Shown here: positions 29,553 to 38,524 of the stretch, piece after piece
Numbering within the stretch: position 1 is the first letter of the stretch
Layout: the number at the start of each line of letters is the position of its first letter
Assembly (NCBI RefSeq): GCF_041248615.1
Contig: NZ_CP158426.1
DNA from: Escherichia coli
GTDB taxonomy: Bacteria; Pseudomonadota; Gammaproteobacteria; Enterobacterales; Enterobacteriaceae
Reading direction: 5' to 3' (one strand)
DNA length: 64,000 nucleotides
Translations under genes and position numbers: made by a program
Notes under the pieces: generated by a model
What the model was told of the DNA's origin: nothing
Seen by the model: only the letters and a program-made list of their open reading frames with translations
Database searches by the model: none

Positions 29553-31028
29553 TCATTTTTTGCTTTTTTGTACTTCCTTTTCGTATTTGTTCCACATAGC
29601 CTTTTGCTCTTCGGGACTGAGTGCTGTATTACCACTGGCAAGAAACACCTTGAACGCTTCTAACTCAAGCCCTGGGTTGCGGCTTTTCCAGCGGCGAAAA
29701 CGCTTAGCGTGATTATCATCAAGAGTGAAACGCTTTTGCTTATTCTTTGAACCTTGCGGCCTGCCTCTCGACCTCTGCTCATCATCAATACCGATATCTA
29801 TATACTCAATATTATCTGTAAGAGATCTGGCTTGCCATTCATCAAAAACATAAACAGTCTGTGTTTCAGTACTGTCAAAATCCCTTGAAATTCCTCGTAG
29901 TACGAACTGGTGTAAACTTTCGTACTCCCTCGCAACATGTATCGCCTCGCCGTCAATCTCAAAGAACAATTCGCACTGTTTAGCCTCTGTTTCAGAGGGA
30001 CGCATACAAGCGAGCCAGACGCACGTGAGCAAGTGTTGGTACTGGTTAAACCCTCTGGCATCCGGGCTTATCTCTGTGCCGTTTTTGAGGCTCTGAGAAT
30101 CGCTTTTGTTCTTCGTCCAGTAGAAATCCTGTCCCTCAAGTTTTTTATCAATAAATGAGTATATTTTTTGTACTTTATCAGGGTTATTAGTCTTCCATGT
30201 CTTCGATAGTTTTTGATTTTTTGAGAAGTAATAAACCTTTAATCTGTCTTTGAGAGCTGTTTTTCGTGTCAGTAATCCTCCAAGTTCAGTACTTTCAAAG
30301 AGTTCTTTATTGCCTTTATAGATCAATGAATTTTCGAAATTAGCTCCGAGAAAGGTGATTGATACGTCTTTGTACTTACTGAGATCTTTCCATGCGGTAA
30401 TATTAAGCTGTTCCTTTTTCGCATCGGTAAAGTACTCATTATTCATGATGAACATATCATTTTCGTTAATTGCTGGTAGCTGGTTCAAAATATTCTTCAG
30501 TACTTCCCCTTGTATTTCTGGTTTTCTTTCTGCCGCAATATACATATTTTTATCATCTAATGTCAGTACATTGTGTATTAATGAATTAAGAATTGTATTT
30601 TTTATATTAGTATCACCCTCATTAATATTCTGAAAAGAGTGAAAATTAGTAACGTCGTCAATATAAATATTACAGTCAGATAACAATTCAGGAGGAATTT
30701 TGAAAAACGTTTTATCTGTTATGAGTAATGTTTTATTACTTCCAGATGAAAGAAAGTTAATAACTGAATTAATAACACTTTCATCTTTTGGTACTGTATC
30801 TGTAATTATATACTCGCAATTATTGATTTGCTTTGCTGTCTGCTTAATAAGTTCTTGAGTGTTCTGTACTAAAATATATTTTTCAGTACTGTTATTGATT
30901 ATATTGCATATAGCAGTAGTTTTACCTGAACCACAAGGGGCGGAGACATACTTAAATTTATTATAAATAGGTGTGGGATTAATCATTTGTACACGCTCCA
31001 TATTGATTAATGTAGAAAGGTCAGCCAT
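29553..31028 (-). CDS. P-loop NTPase (491 aa) with C-terminal AT-hook-like motif; candidate Rep/helicase-like replication or mobilisation protein
   Basis: Walker A 'SAPCGSGKTTAI' near the N-terminus; Walker B-like 'IYIDDV'; C-terminal 'SRGRPQGSKNKQKR' (AT-hook GRP core). Confidence 0.6.
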   Translation of the reverse strand: MADLSTLINMERVQMINPTPIYNKFKYVSAPCGSGKTTAICNIINNSTEKYILVQNTQELIKQTAKQINNCEYIITDTVPKDESVINSVINFLSSGSNKTLLITDKTFFKIPPELLSDCNIYIDDVTNFHSFQNINEGDTNIKNTILNSLIHNVLTLDDKNMYIAAERKPEIQGEVLKNILNQLPAINENDMFIMNNEYFTDAKKEQLNITAWKDLSKYKDVSITFLGANFENSLIYKGNKELFESTELGGLLTRKTALKDRLKVYYFSKNQKLSKTWKTNNPDKVQKIYSFIDKKLEGQDFYWTKNKSDSQSLKNGTEISPDARGFNQYQHLLTCVWLACMRPSETEAKQCELFFEIDGEAIHVAREYESLHQFVLRGISRDFDSTETQTVYVFDEWQARSLTDNIEYIDIGIDDEQRSRGRPQGSKNKQKRFTLDDNHAKRFRRWKSRNPGLELEAFKVFLASGNTALSPEEQKAMWNKYEKEVQKSKK

Positions 31029-31370
31029 TCCAGTGTCTGGCCTTTCGTTGTTTTAGTTATTAGTCTTTTTGAGTTGCGACAACTGCAAGAGAATGTTTAT
31101 AAACAAGTGAAATAAGCAGTTTTACCGCCTCAAAAGCTACAGTCAGTTTCGTAATTATTTTCGAAAGCATCGTAAATTTCACTTCGCTATCTTCTATGCA
31201 AAAATTAGCAGCCTGAGGTATTTAATGATTGAGATGTGGCCTGTTGATAAGAGGGTTTGTATTGCTTGTTCTGCTCTTTGTTAATTTGTGACTTATTCCT
31301 TTCACAATGATCGGCTATGTTTGATAACTCTGTTAGGAAATCACCTATGGCTACCATATTGGATTTGCCC

Positions 31371-32276
31371 CTATATTTCCAGACACCTGTTATCACTTAA
31401 CCCATTACTGGCCTGCTGCCGCAGATATTCCCGTGGCGAGCGATAACCCAGTGCACTATGCGGATGCCATTCGTTATAATGCTCGAACGCCTCTGCAAGG
31501 TTCTTTGCTGCCGTTAACCCGTCTGGTTTAGGCATGATACTGATGTAGTCACGCTTTATCGTTTTCACGAAGCTCTCTGCTATGCCGTTACTCTCCGGAC
31601 TCCGCACCGCCGTGTTCTTCGGTTCAAGCCCCAATATCCGGGCAAACTGCCGTGTTTCATTAGCCCGGTAGCATGAACCATTATCCGTCAGCCACTCTAC
31701 TGGAGACGCCGGAAGCTCGTTGCCGAAGCGGCGTTCCACCGCTCCCAGCATGACGTCCTGTACTGTTTCACTGTCGAAGCCGCCCGTAGTGACTGCCCAG
31801 TGCAGTGCCTCACGGTCACAGCAGTCCAGCGCGAACGTGACTCGCAGTTTTTCTCCGTTATCACAGCGGAACTCGAACCCGTCAGAGCACCATCGTTGAT
31901 TGCTTTCTTTCACGGCCACTTTGCCAGTATGTGCCCGTTTCGATGGCGGTACAGCGGTTTTTCGCTCAAGCAACAGCGCATTCTGGCGCATGATCCGGTA
32001 AACACGTTTGGCATTGATCGCAGGCGTACCATCAAGTTCGGCCTGTCTGCGAAGCAGCGCCCATACCCGACGATAACCATACGTGGGCAGCTCTCCGATA
32101 ACATGGTGTATACGGAGAAGCACATCCGTATCATCTGAGTGACGGCTGCGGCGACCATCTTTCCAGTCATCGGTTCGTCTGAGAATTACGTGCAACTGCG
32201 CACGCGACACCCGGAGACAACGGCTGACTAAGCTTACTCCCCATCCCCGGGCAATAAGGGCGCGTGCGCTATCCAC
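31371..32276 (-). CDS. insD: IS2 transposase OrfB (InsD, 301 aa)
   Basis: Translation '[30 protein letters not shown]...' and DDE transposase region. Confidence 0.9.
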   Translation of the reverse strand: MDSARALIARGWGVSLVSRCLRVSRAQLHVILRRTDDWKDGRRSRHSDDTDVLLRIHHVIGELPTYGYRRVWALLRRQAELDGTPAINAKRVYRIMRQNALLLERKTAVPPSKRAHTGKVAVKESNQRWCSDGFEFRCDNGEKLRVTFALDCCDREALHWAVTTGGFDSETVQDVMLGAVERRFGNELPASPVEWLTDNGSCYRANETRQFARILGLEPKNTAVRSPESNGIAESFVKTIKRDYISIMPKPDGLTAAKNLAEAFEHYNEWHPHSALGYRSPREYLRQQASNGLSDNRCLEI

Positions 32277-32599
32277 TTTTTTGCACGCCCGTATTCAACG
32301 GCTTCTTTAAGGAGTTCATTTTCCATCGTTTTTTTGCCGAGCAGGCGCTGGAGTTCTTTAATCTGCTTCATGGCAGCAGCAAGTTCAGAGGCAGGAACGA
32401 CCTGCTCTCCTGCGGCCACAGCAGTAAGACTTCCCTCCTGGTATTGCTTGCGCCAGAGAAATAACTGGCTGGCTGCCACACCGTGTTGCCGGGCAACAAG
32501 GGAGACCTTCATTCCCGGTTCAAAACTCTGCTGAACAATAGCGATCTTTTCCTGTGTAGTACGCCGTCTGCGTTTCTCCGGTCCTAAGACATCAATCAT
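32234..32599 (-). CDS. insC: IS2 OrfA (InsC, 121 aa from '[18 protein letters not shown]')
   Basis: Helix-turn-helix protein overlapping insD in the -1 frame, as in IS3-family elements. Confidence 0.9.
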   Translation of the reverse strand: MIDVLGPEKRRRRTTQEKIAIVQQSFEPGMKVSLVARQHGVAASQLFLWRKQYQEGSLTAVAAGEQVVPASELAAAMKQIKELQRLLGKKTMENELLKEAVEYGRAKKWIAHAPLLPGDGE

Positions 32600-33073
32600 C
32601 TGCTCTCCAATGACTAGTCTAAAAACTAGTATTAAGACTATCACTTATTTAAGTGATATTGGTTGTCTGGAGATTCATGGGGCCAGTCTACATATAATCA
32701 TGTTCATCTTCTAATTCTTTAAATTTTAATAGAGAAATCTCTTCATAATATTCTTTCATTTTCATATAAATCACCTTTTATTTTTTTGTTGTTAACACAG
32801 GTTTTTTTCTGCACTACACATTATAGCACATAGAATTAATTCGTTTCATTTTCTGTCAATGAAATAGAGTAAAGATAAATGCTTTTATAAAGCACTTATC
32901 ACATCCGTTGCCTTGCTATATATAAAAAGTTCTCCAAACTATACTGGTGTATATTTTCCCCATCAGATACAGTTGTTTTTAAACATTACAATGTTGGATT
33001 CTTGGTTCCAAATAAATCGAGCAACTATTAGTGTTTCAAAATGAAGTTGGGAGCTATTCCTTAATTCGTATGA

Positions 33074-33102
33074 GGTACAAAATGGGGTACTCGGTGGGGT
33101 AC
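33074..33102 (+). promoter_or_regulatory. Three direct repeats of GGTAC at 12-bp spacing (aGGTACaaaatgGGGTACtcggtgGGGTACag), ~85-110 bp from the att core; candidate integrase/Xis arm-type sites. A 13-mer ATGAGGTACAAAA (33069-33081) recurs at the int start codon (20685-20697)
   Basis: Seen directly. Confidence 0.35.
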
Positions 33103-33185
33103 AGCGTGTATAAGTGACGTCACCACGGGTAAACTTGCATCGGCGAGCAACTTAACCTAAGCTGACAAAAATTAAGAGAAATGTA

Positions 33186-33317
33186 ACCAAACGACTCGGG
33201 GTGCCCTTCTGCGTGAAGGCTGAGAAATACCCGTATCACCTGATCTGGATAATGCCAGCGTAGGGAAGTCACGGACCACCAGGTCATTGCTTCTTCACGT
33301 TATGGCAGGAGCAAACT
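33186..33317 (+). ncRNA. thiM TPP riboswitch (aptamer plus expression platform) preceding thiM; its first 79 nt (33186-33264) form the attR direct repeat
   Basis: Conserved thi-box sequence CUGAGA...ACCUGAUCUGGAUAAUGCCAGCG; its 3' continuation 'GAAGTCACGGACCACCAGGTCATTGCTTCTTCACGTTATGGCAGGAGCAAACTATG' carries the anti-Shine-Dalgarno/Shine-Dalgarno platform. Confidence 0.85.
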
Positions 33318-34106
33318 ATGCAAGTCGACCTGCTGAGTTCCGCGCAATCTGCGCACGCGTTACACCTTTTTCACCAACATTCCCCTCTTGTGCACTGCAT
33401 GACCAACGATGTGGTGCAAACCTTTACTGCCAATACCTTGCTGGCGCTCGGTGCATCGCCAGCGATGGTTATCGAAACCGAAGAGGCCAGTCAGTTTGCG
33501 GCTATCGCCAGTGCGTTGCTGATTAACGTTGGCACGCTGACGCAGCCACGCGCACAGGCGATGCGTGCCGCCGTTGAACAGGCAAAACGCTCTCAAACAC
33601 CCTGGATGCTTGATCCAGTAGCGGTGGGTGCACTCGATTATCGCCGCCGTTTTTGTCTGGAACTTCTGTCTCATAAGCCAACCGCCATACGTGGTAATGC
33701 TTCGGAAATCATGGCATTAGCTGGCGTTGCTAATGGTGGACGGGGAGTGGATACCACTGACGCCGCAGCTAACGCGATACCCGCTGCACAAACACTGGCA
33801 CGGGAAACTGGCGCAATCGTCGTGGTCACTGGCGAGATGGATTATGTTACCGATGGACATCGTATCATTGGTATTCACGGTGGCGATCCGTTAATGACCA
33901 AAGTGGTAGGAACTGGCTGTGCATTATCGGCGGTTGTCGCTGCCTGTTGTGCGTTACCAGGCGATACGCTGGAAAATGTCGCATCTGCCTGTCACTGGAT
34001 GAAACAAGCCGGAGAACGCGCAGTCGCCAGTAGCGAGGGGCCAGGCAGTTTTGTTCCACATTTCCTTGATGCGCTCTGGCAATTGACGCCGGAGGTGCAG
34101 GCATGA
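33318..34106 (+). CDS. thiM: Hydroxyethylthiazole kinase ThiM (262 aa)
   Basis: Length, position after the TPP riboswitch, 4-nt overlap with thiD. Confidence 0.95.
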   Translation: MQVDLLSSAQSAHALHLFHQHSPLVHCMTNDVVQTFTANTLLALGASPAMVIETEEASQFAAIASALLINVGTLTQPRAQAMRAAVEQAKRSQTPWMLDPVAVGALDYRRRFCLELLSHKPTAIRGNASEIMALAGVANGGRGVDTTDAAANAIPAAQTLARETGAIVVVTGEMDYVTDGHRIIGIHGGDPLMTKVVGTGCALSAVVAACCALPGDTLENVASACHWMKQAGERAVASSEGPGSFVPHFLDALWQLTPEVQA

Positions 34107-34903
34107 AACGAATTAACGCTCTGACGATTGCCGGTACTGATCCGAGTGGTGGTGCGGGGATTCAGGCCGATCTTAAAACCTTCTCGGCACTTGGCGCTTA
34201 TGGTTGCTCAGTGATTACTGCACTGGTGGCGCAAAATACCCGTGGCGTACAGTCGGTGTATCGCATTGAGCCTGATTTTGTCGCCGCCCAGCTCGATTCG
34301 GTGTTCAGCGATGTGCGAATCGATACCACTAAAATCGGTATGTTGGCGGAAACCGATATTGTTGAAGCGGTGGCAGAACGGTTGCAACGTTATCAGATCC
34401 AAAACGTGGTACTCGACACCGTTATGCTGGCAAAAAGCGGCGACCCGCTGCTTTCACCTTCGGCGGTTGCTACGCTGCGCAGTCGATTATTGCCACAGGT
34501 TTCATTAATAACGCCAAACTTGCCCGAAGCTGCTGCCTTGCTCGACGCGCCACACGCGCGCACCGAACAGGAAATGCTGGAACAAGGGCGATCGCTGTTG
34601 GCGATGGGCTGTGGCGCAGTGCTAATGAAAGGTGGTCATCTGGATGATGAGCAAAGCCCGGACTGGCTGTTTACTCGCGAGGGAGAACAACGGTTTACCG
34701 CACCGCGCATTATGACCAAAAACACCCACGGCACTGGTTGTACGCTCTCTGCGGCGTTGGCTGCACTACGCCCGCGCCATACAAACTGGGCTGACACCGT
34801 ACAGGAGGCAAAAAGCTGGCTTTCATCGGCGTTAGCCCAGGCCGACACGCTGGAAGTTGGTCACGGTATTGGTCCGGTTCACCACTTCCACGCCTGGTGG
34901 TGA
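34103..34903 (+). CDS. thiD: Hydroxymethylpyrimidine/phosphomethylpyrimidine kinase ThiD (266 aa)
   Basis: Length, translational coupling with thiM, PfkB-like fold motif 'GTGCTLSAA'. Confidence 0.95.
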   Translation: MKRINALTIAGTDPSGGAGIQADLKTFSALGAYGCSVITALVAQNTRGVQSVYRIEPDFVAAQLDSVFSDVRIDTTKIGMLAETDIVEAVAERLQRYQIQNVVLDTVMLAKSGDPLLSPSAVATLRSRLLPQVSLITPNLPEAAALLDAPHARTEQEMLEQGRSLLAMGCGAVLMKGGHLDDEQSPDWLFTREGEQRFTAPRIMTKNTHGTGCTLSAALAALRPRHTNWADTVQEAKSWLSSALAQADTLEVGHGIGPVHHFHAWW

Positions 34904-34958
34904 GCACCGTACTATAGCTGCTTTGGTTATTGTCAGCCTTTGGCACTGACATTCAGGG

Positions 34959-35786
34959 ATGAAACCAATGCAGCTAAGAATCACCAGTCGAAAAAAACTC
35001 ACCGCTTTATTATGCGCTCTTGGGCTAATTTCCATCGTTGCGATTCATCCGCGTCAGACGGTGAATTTTTTCTATTCGACAGCAATTCAGATTAAAGACT
35101 ACATCCACTTCTACGGTTATCGCCCGGTTAAATCTTTCGCTATTCGCATTCCTGCCAGTTACACCATTCACGGAATAGATGTTTCGCGCTGGCAGGAGCG
35201 AATCGACTGGCAGCGGGTGGCAAAAATGCGCGATAACGGTATTCGCTTGCAATTTGCCTTTATCAAGGCGACGGAAGGCGAAAAGCTGGTGGACCCCTAT
35301 TTTTCGCGTAACTGGCAACTAAGCCGCGAAAATGGCCTGCTGCGCGGGGCGTATCATTATTTTTCCCCGTCGGTATCCGCTTCAGTTCAGGCGAGATTAT
35401 TTCTGCAAACGGTGGATTTCTCACAAGGCGATTTCCCTGCCGTGCTGGACGTAGAAGAACGGGGAAAATTATCGGCAAAAGAATTACGCAAGCGGGTAAG
35501 TCAGTGGCTAAAAATGGTCGAAAAAAGTACGGGGAAAAAGCCGATTATTTACTCAGGAGCCGTTTTTTATCACACGAATCTGGCGGGCTATTTCAATGAA
35601 TATCCGTGGTGGGTGGCTCATTACTATCAACGTCGTCCGGACAATGACGGCATGGCCTGGCGCTTCTGGCAGCATTCCGACCGTGGACAGGTAGATGGCA
35701 TTAATGGTCCGGTGGATTTTAATGTGTTTAATGGCACGGTGGAGGAGTTGCAGGTATTCGTTGATGGGATTAAAGAAACGCCTTAA
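34959..35786 (+). CDS. yegX: GH25-family lysozyme-like glycoside hydrolase YegX (275 aa)
   Basis: Synteny (thiD-yegX-yegW); signal/transmembrane N-terminus. Confidence 0.7.
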   Translation: MKPMQLRITSRKKLTALLCALGLISIVAIHPRQTVNFFYSTAIQIKDYIHFYGYRPVKSFAIRIPASYTIHGIDVSRWQERIDWQRVAKMRDNGIRLQFAFIKATEGEKLVDPYFSRNWQLSRENGLLRGAYHYFSPSVSASVQARLFLQTVDFSQGDFPAVLDVEERGKLSAKELRKRVSQWLKMVEKSTGKKPIIYSGAVFYHTNLAGYFNEYPWWVAHYYQRRPDNDGMAWRFWQHSDRGQVDGINGPVDFNVFNGTVEELQVFVDGIKETP

Positions 35787-35837
35787 ATAAGAAGCAGTGA
35801 TATACTCCCACCAGACTCCCTGGCAGGAAAAAGACAA

Positions 35838-36584
35838 ATGGAACAAGCGCATACCCAGCTGATTGCCCAACTGAACGAACGTATTTTAGCGGCGGATAAC
35901 ACGCCGCTTTATATTAAGTTTGCCGAAACGGTAAAAAATGCCGTGCGCAGCGGGGTGCTGGAGCATGGCAATATTTTGCCCGGTGAGCGTGATTTAAGTC
36001 AGTTAACCGGCGTTTCGCGCATTACGGTGCGCAAGGCGATGCAGGCGCTGGAAGAAGAGGGCGTGGTGACGCGTTCGCGTGGTTACGGTACGCAGATCAA
36101 CAACATCTTCGAATACTCGTTGAAAGAAGCGCGAGGTTTTTCTCAGCAGGTGGTATTGCGCGGGAAAAAGCCCGATACACTATGGGTTAACAAGCGTGTC
36201 GTGAAATGTCCCGAAGAAGTCGCGCAGCAGCTAGCGGTCGAAGCAGGAAGTAATGTCTTTTTGCTTAAGCGTATTCGCTATGTCGATGAAGAAGCGGTAT
36301 CAATTGAGGAATCGTGGGTTCCGGCGCATTTAATTCATGATGTTGATGCCATCGGAATTTCTCTTTATGACTACTTCCGCAGCCAGCACATTTACCCACA
36401 ACGTACGCGTTCCCGCGTTAGCGCCCGGATGCCGGATGCCGAGTTTCAGTCACATATTCAGTTAGATAGCAAAATACCGGTGCTGGTGATCAAGCAAGTG
36501 GCGCTTGACCAACAGCAACGGCCTATTGAGTACAGCATTAGCCACTGTCGCAGCGATCTATACGTTTTTGTGTGCGAGGAGTAG
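35838..36584 (+). CDS. yegW: GntR-family transcriptional regulator YegW (248 aa)
   Basis: N-terminal winged helix-turn-helix 'LPGERDLSQLTGVSRITVRKAMQALEEEGVV' plus UTRA-like C-terminus. Confidence 0.8.
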   Translation: MEQAHTQLIAQLNERILAADNTPLYIKFAETVKNAVRSGVLEHGNILPGERDLSQLTGVSRITVRKAMQALEEEGVVTRSRGYGTQINNIFEYSLKEARGFSQQVVLRGKKPDTLWVNKRVVKCPEEVAQQLAVEAGSNVFLLKRIRYVDEEAVSIEESWVPAHLIHDVDAIGISLYDYFRSQHIYPQRTRSRVSARMPDAEFQSHIQLDSKIPVLVIKQVALDQQQRPIEYSISHCRSDLYVFVCEE

Positions 36585-37523
36585 TTCCTCGCGCGTTGGC
36601 GCACAATCACCGCCCCGATGCCCGACAACCCATGACGCCACTGCATTGCCCAGTAATACAGCATCCGCCAGTGGCAGACCAGAGGCCAGCCCGGCAAGTA
36701 CGCCGCCGGCATGACTGTCGCCCGCCCCAATGGTGTCTACAACTTGAGTTGGAAATGCCGGAATGCAGCCAGAAGCGTCGTTGCTGAAATACCATGCGCC
36801 CTCTTTATCGAGACGAATGATCAACGGCGCGGCAAATTTCTCCTGCCATTGCTTGCCAAGTGTTGTTATCTCTGCGGATAAAGCAAAACGTTCGGCGGCA
36901 ATCTCAGCCTCCTGACGATTGAGTGACACTAAAGGTCGACAGGCCATGATCCGCGCCAGTAATGCATCCGGGATATCGCCAATACGTGGGCCAAAATCGA
37001 TAAACGGCGTCACGTCTTGCAGCTTTTCCAGCCATTCCACTAATAATTCGCCGCAGGGCGAGGCCAGTTGATAACCGGAAAAATAGAGCAGGCTGCCAGG
37101 CGCAACGGTTAATCGCGCCAGCCACTGGCGATTCCACTGATTTTCCACACCGCTGAATGACATAAAAGTGCGTTCGCCATCCGGCTCAACCAGCGCCAGA
37201 CACCAGCCGTTATCGCCTTCGGCGTTATCGATCAGGCTGATTAACCCCTCTTTCGCCATCCGGTTGCGAATAATCTCCGCCCACACGCCCTGACCGAGCG
37301 GCAAGGCATTACCCGCTTCGATGCCGAGGCGCTTTAACGCCACGGCAATATTCAGTGCGCAGCCGCCAACGTTAACGCTCTGCTGTTTCAGTTCGATATC
37401 GCACCCACGCCAGGGGAGGGCATAAGCGTCGGCGATCACATCAATGACCGCCGCGCCGACGACCATCACCGGCTGACGCGTGGCTAATTCAGGCAGCAGC
37501 GTGTGTAATCGAGCGCCGCTCAT
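36558..37523 (-). CDS. yegV: PfkB-family sugar/nucleoside kinase YegV (321 aa)
   Basis: Ribokinase-like 'DTIGAGDSHAGG' motif; synteny. Confidence 0.8.
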   Translation of the reverse strand: MSGARLHTLLPELATRQPVMVVGAAVIDVIADAYALPWRGCDIELKQQSVNVGGCALNIAVALKRLGIEAGNALPLGQGVWAEIIRNRMAKEGLISLIDNAEGDNGWCLALVEPDGERTFMSFSGVENQWNRQWLARLTVAPGSLLYFSGYQLASPCGELLVEWLEKLQDVTPFIDFGPRIGDIPDALLARIMACRPLVSLNRQEAEIAAERFALSAEITTLGKQWQEKFAAPLIIRLDKEGAWYFSNDASGCIPAFPTQVVDTIGAGDSHAGGVLAGLASGLPLADAVLLGNAVASWVVGHRGGDCAPTREELLLAHKNV

Positions 37524-38524
37524 ATCGCCTCCCGTTGTTGGCGATACTTCGCCAGCGCCGTGGCATAGCGGTTGAAATCAAGCTGATTTACCGCATCCAG
37601 TTCCGTCTTTAACGCAGGATCGATTGCGTTAACGCCATGCAACGCGCCACAAATTGCCGTCGCCATAGCACCGATGGTGTCTGTGTCGCCGCCAAGGTTA
37701 GCGCACAGGACGGCGCAACGGTTCGGGTCGGTTTGTGCCAGTTCAACCAGCGCAATGGCGCACGGAACGGACTCAATAGTGCTGGTACCTGCGCCAACGA
37801 CCTGGTAAAGCTGTTCGCTGGCGGATTCGGTGCCGTCGGCATTGCGCACAATTTTCAGCGCAATCTCCAGACGTGCTGCCAGTGAGGCGCTGAAGGTAGT
37901 GATGCGTTTTTGTTGAGCATGTCGCGCAATTGAAGGCAGTGAATCAACAATTGCTGACCAGCTTTCTCCGTCAATGGCACGAGAAATCGCCCATGCGATG
38001 ACTACCGCCCCCGCAACCGCCAGATCGGATTTATGTGTCGGGCTGGAGGCCAGCGCCACATCATCAATAAAGGAATCAACATCACGCGCCGGAAGCAAAC
38101 AACCTAATGGCGAGACGCGCATCGCTGCGCCGTTGGTCACGCCGTTATTTTCCAGTTCAGCAACGGGTTTACCGTCGCGAATGGCGTTAAGCGCAATCTT
38201 CGAGGTCGGACCTAGTACGTTTTTGTTAAAGGCGTCGAAACGCAGCGCCCAGTCGAGAATATTACGCCCAATCAGATCTGGATCGATCTTGCCTTCACGT
38301 TCCAGTAACGCATCCGCCAGACACAGCGCCATCGAGGTATCGTCGGTGAATTCGGCGCGGTTAAAATAACAGGCTGCGTTATTCTCCTTTGGTCCAGGCA
38401 GAAAACGATCAATCCAGCCAAAGTGTGCTTTAACGCGGCTGCGTGGCCAAAGCTCGGAGGGCATCCCCATCGCATCCCCTAACGCCTGCCCATAAAGAGC
38501 ACCGAGAATACGTTCTGTTTTCAT
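37520..38524 (-). CDS. yegU: ADP-ribosylglycohydrolase-family protein YegU (334 aa)
   Basis: Synteny; 4-nt overlaps with yegV and yegT. Confidence 0.75.
   Translation of the reverse strand: MKTERILGALYGQALGDAMGMPSELWPRSRVKAHFGWIDRFLPGPKENNAACYFNRAEFTDDTSMALCLADALLEREGKIDPDLIGRNILDWALRFDAFNKNVLGPTSKIALNAIRDGKPVAELENNGVTNGAAMRVSPLGCLLPARDVDSFIDDVALASSPTHKSDLAVAGAVVIAWAISRAIDGESWSAIVDSLPSIARHAQQKRITTFSASLAARLEIALKIVRNADGTESASEQLYQVVGAGTSTIESVPCAIALVELAQTDPNRCAVLCANLGGDTDTIGAMATAICGALHGVNAIDPALKTELDAVNQLDFNRYATALAKYRQQREAI

Larger units (their letters stand above)
31360..32690 (-). mobile_element. IS2: Insertion sequence IS2 (1331 bp), flanked by a 5-bp direct target duplication CATAT (31355-31359 and 32691-32695)
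   Basis: Terminal sequences TGGATTTGCCCCTAT... and ...TGGGGCCAGTCTA match the IS2 ends; insC and insD reading frames are present; target-site duplication seen directly. Confidence 0.9.
31205..32765 (-). pseudogene. Small ORF (~86 aa; MKMKEYYEEISLLKFKELEDEHDYM / VAIGDFLTELSNIADHCERNK...SGC) split by the IS2 insertion
   Basis: The 5' part at 32691-32765 and the 3' part at 31205-31359 join in frame across the 5-bp CATAT target duplication once the 1331-bp IS2 is removed. Confidence 0.5.
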
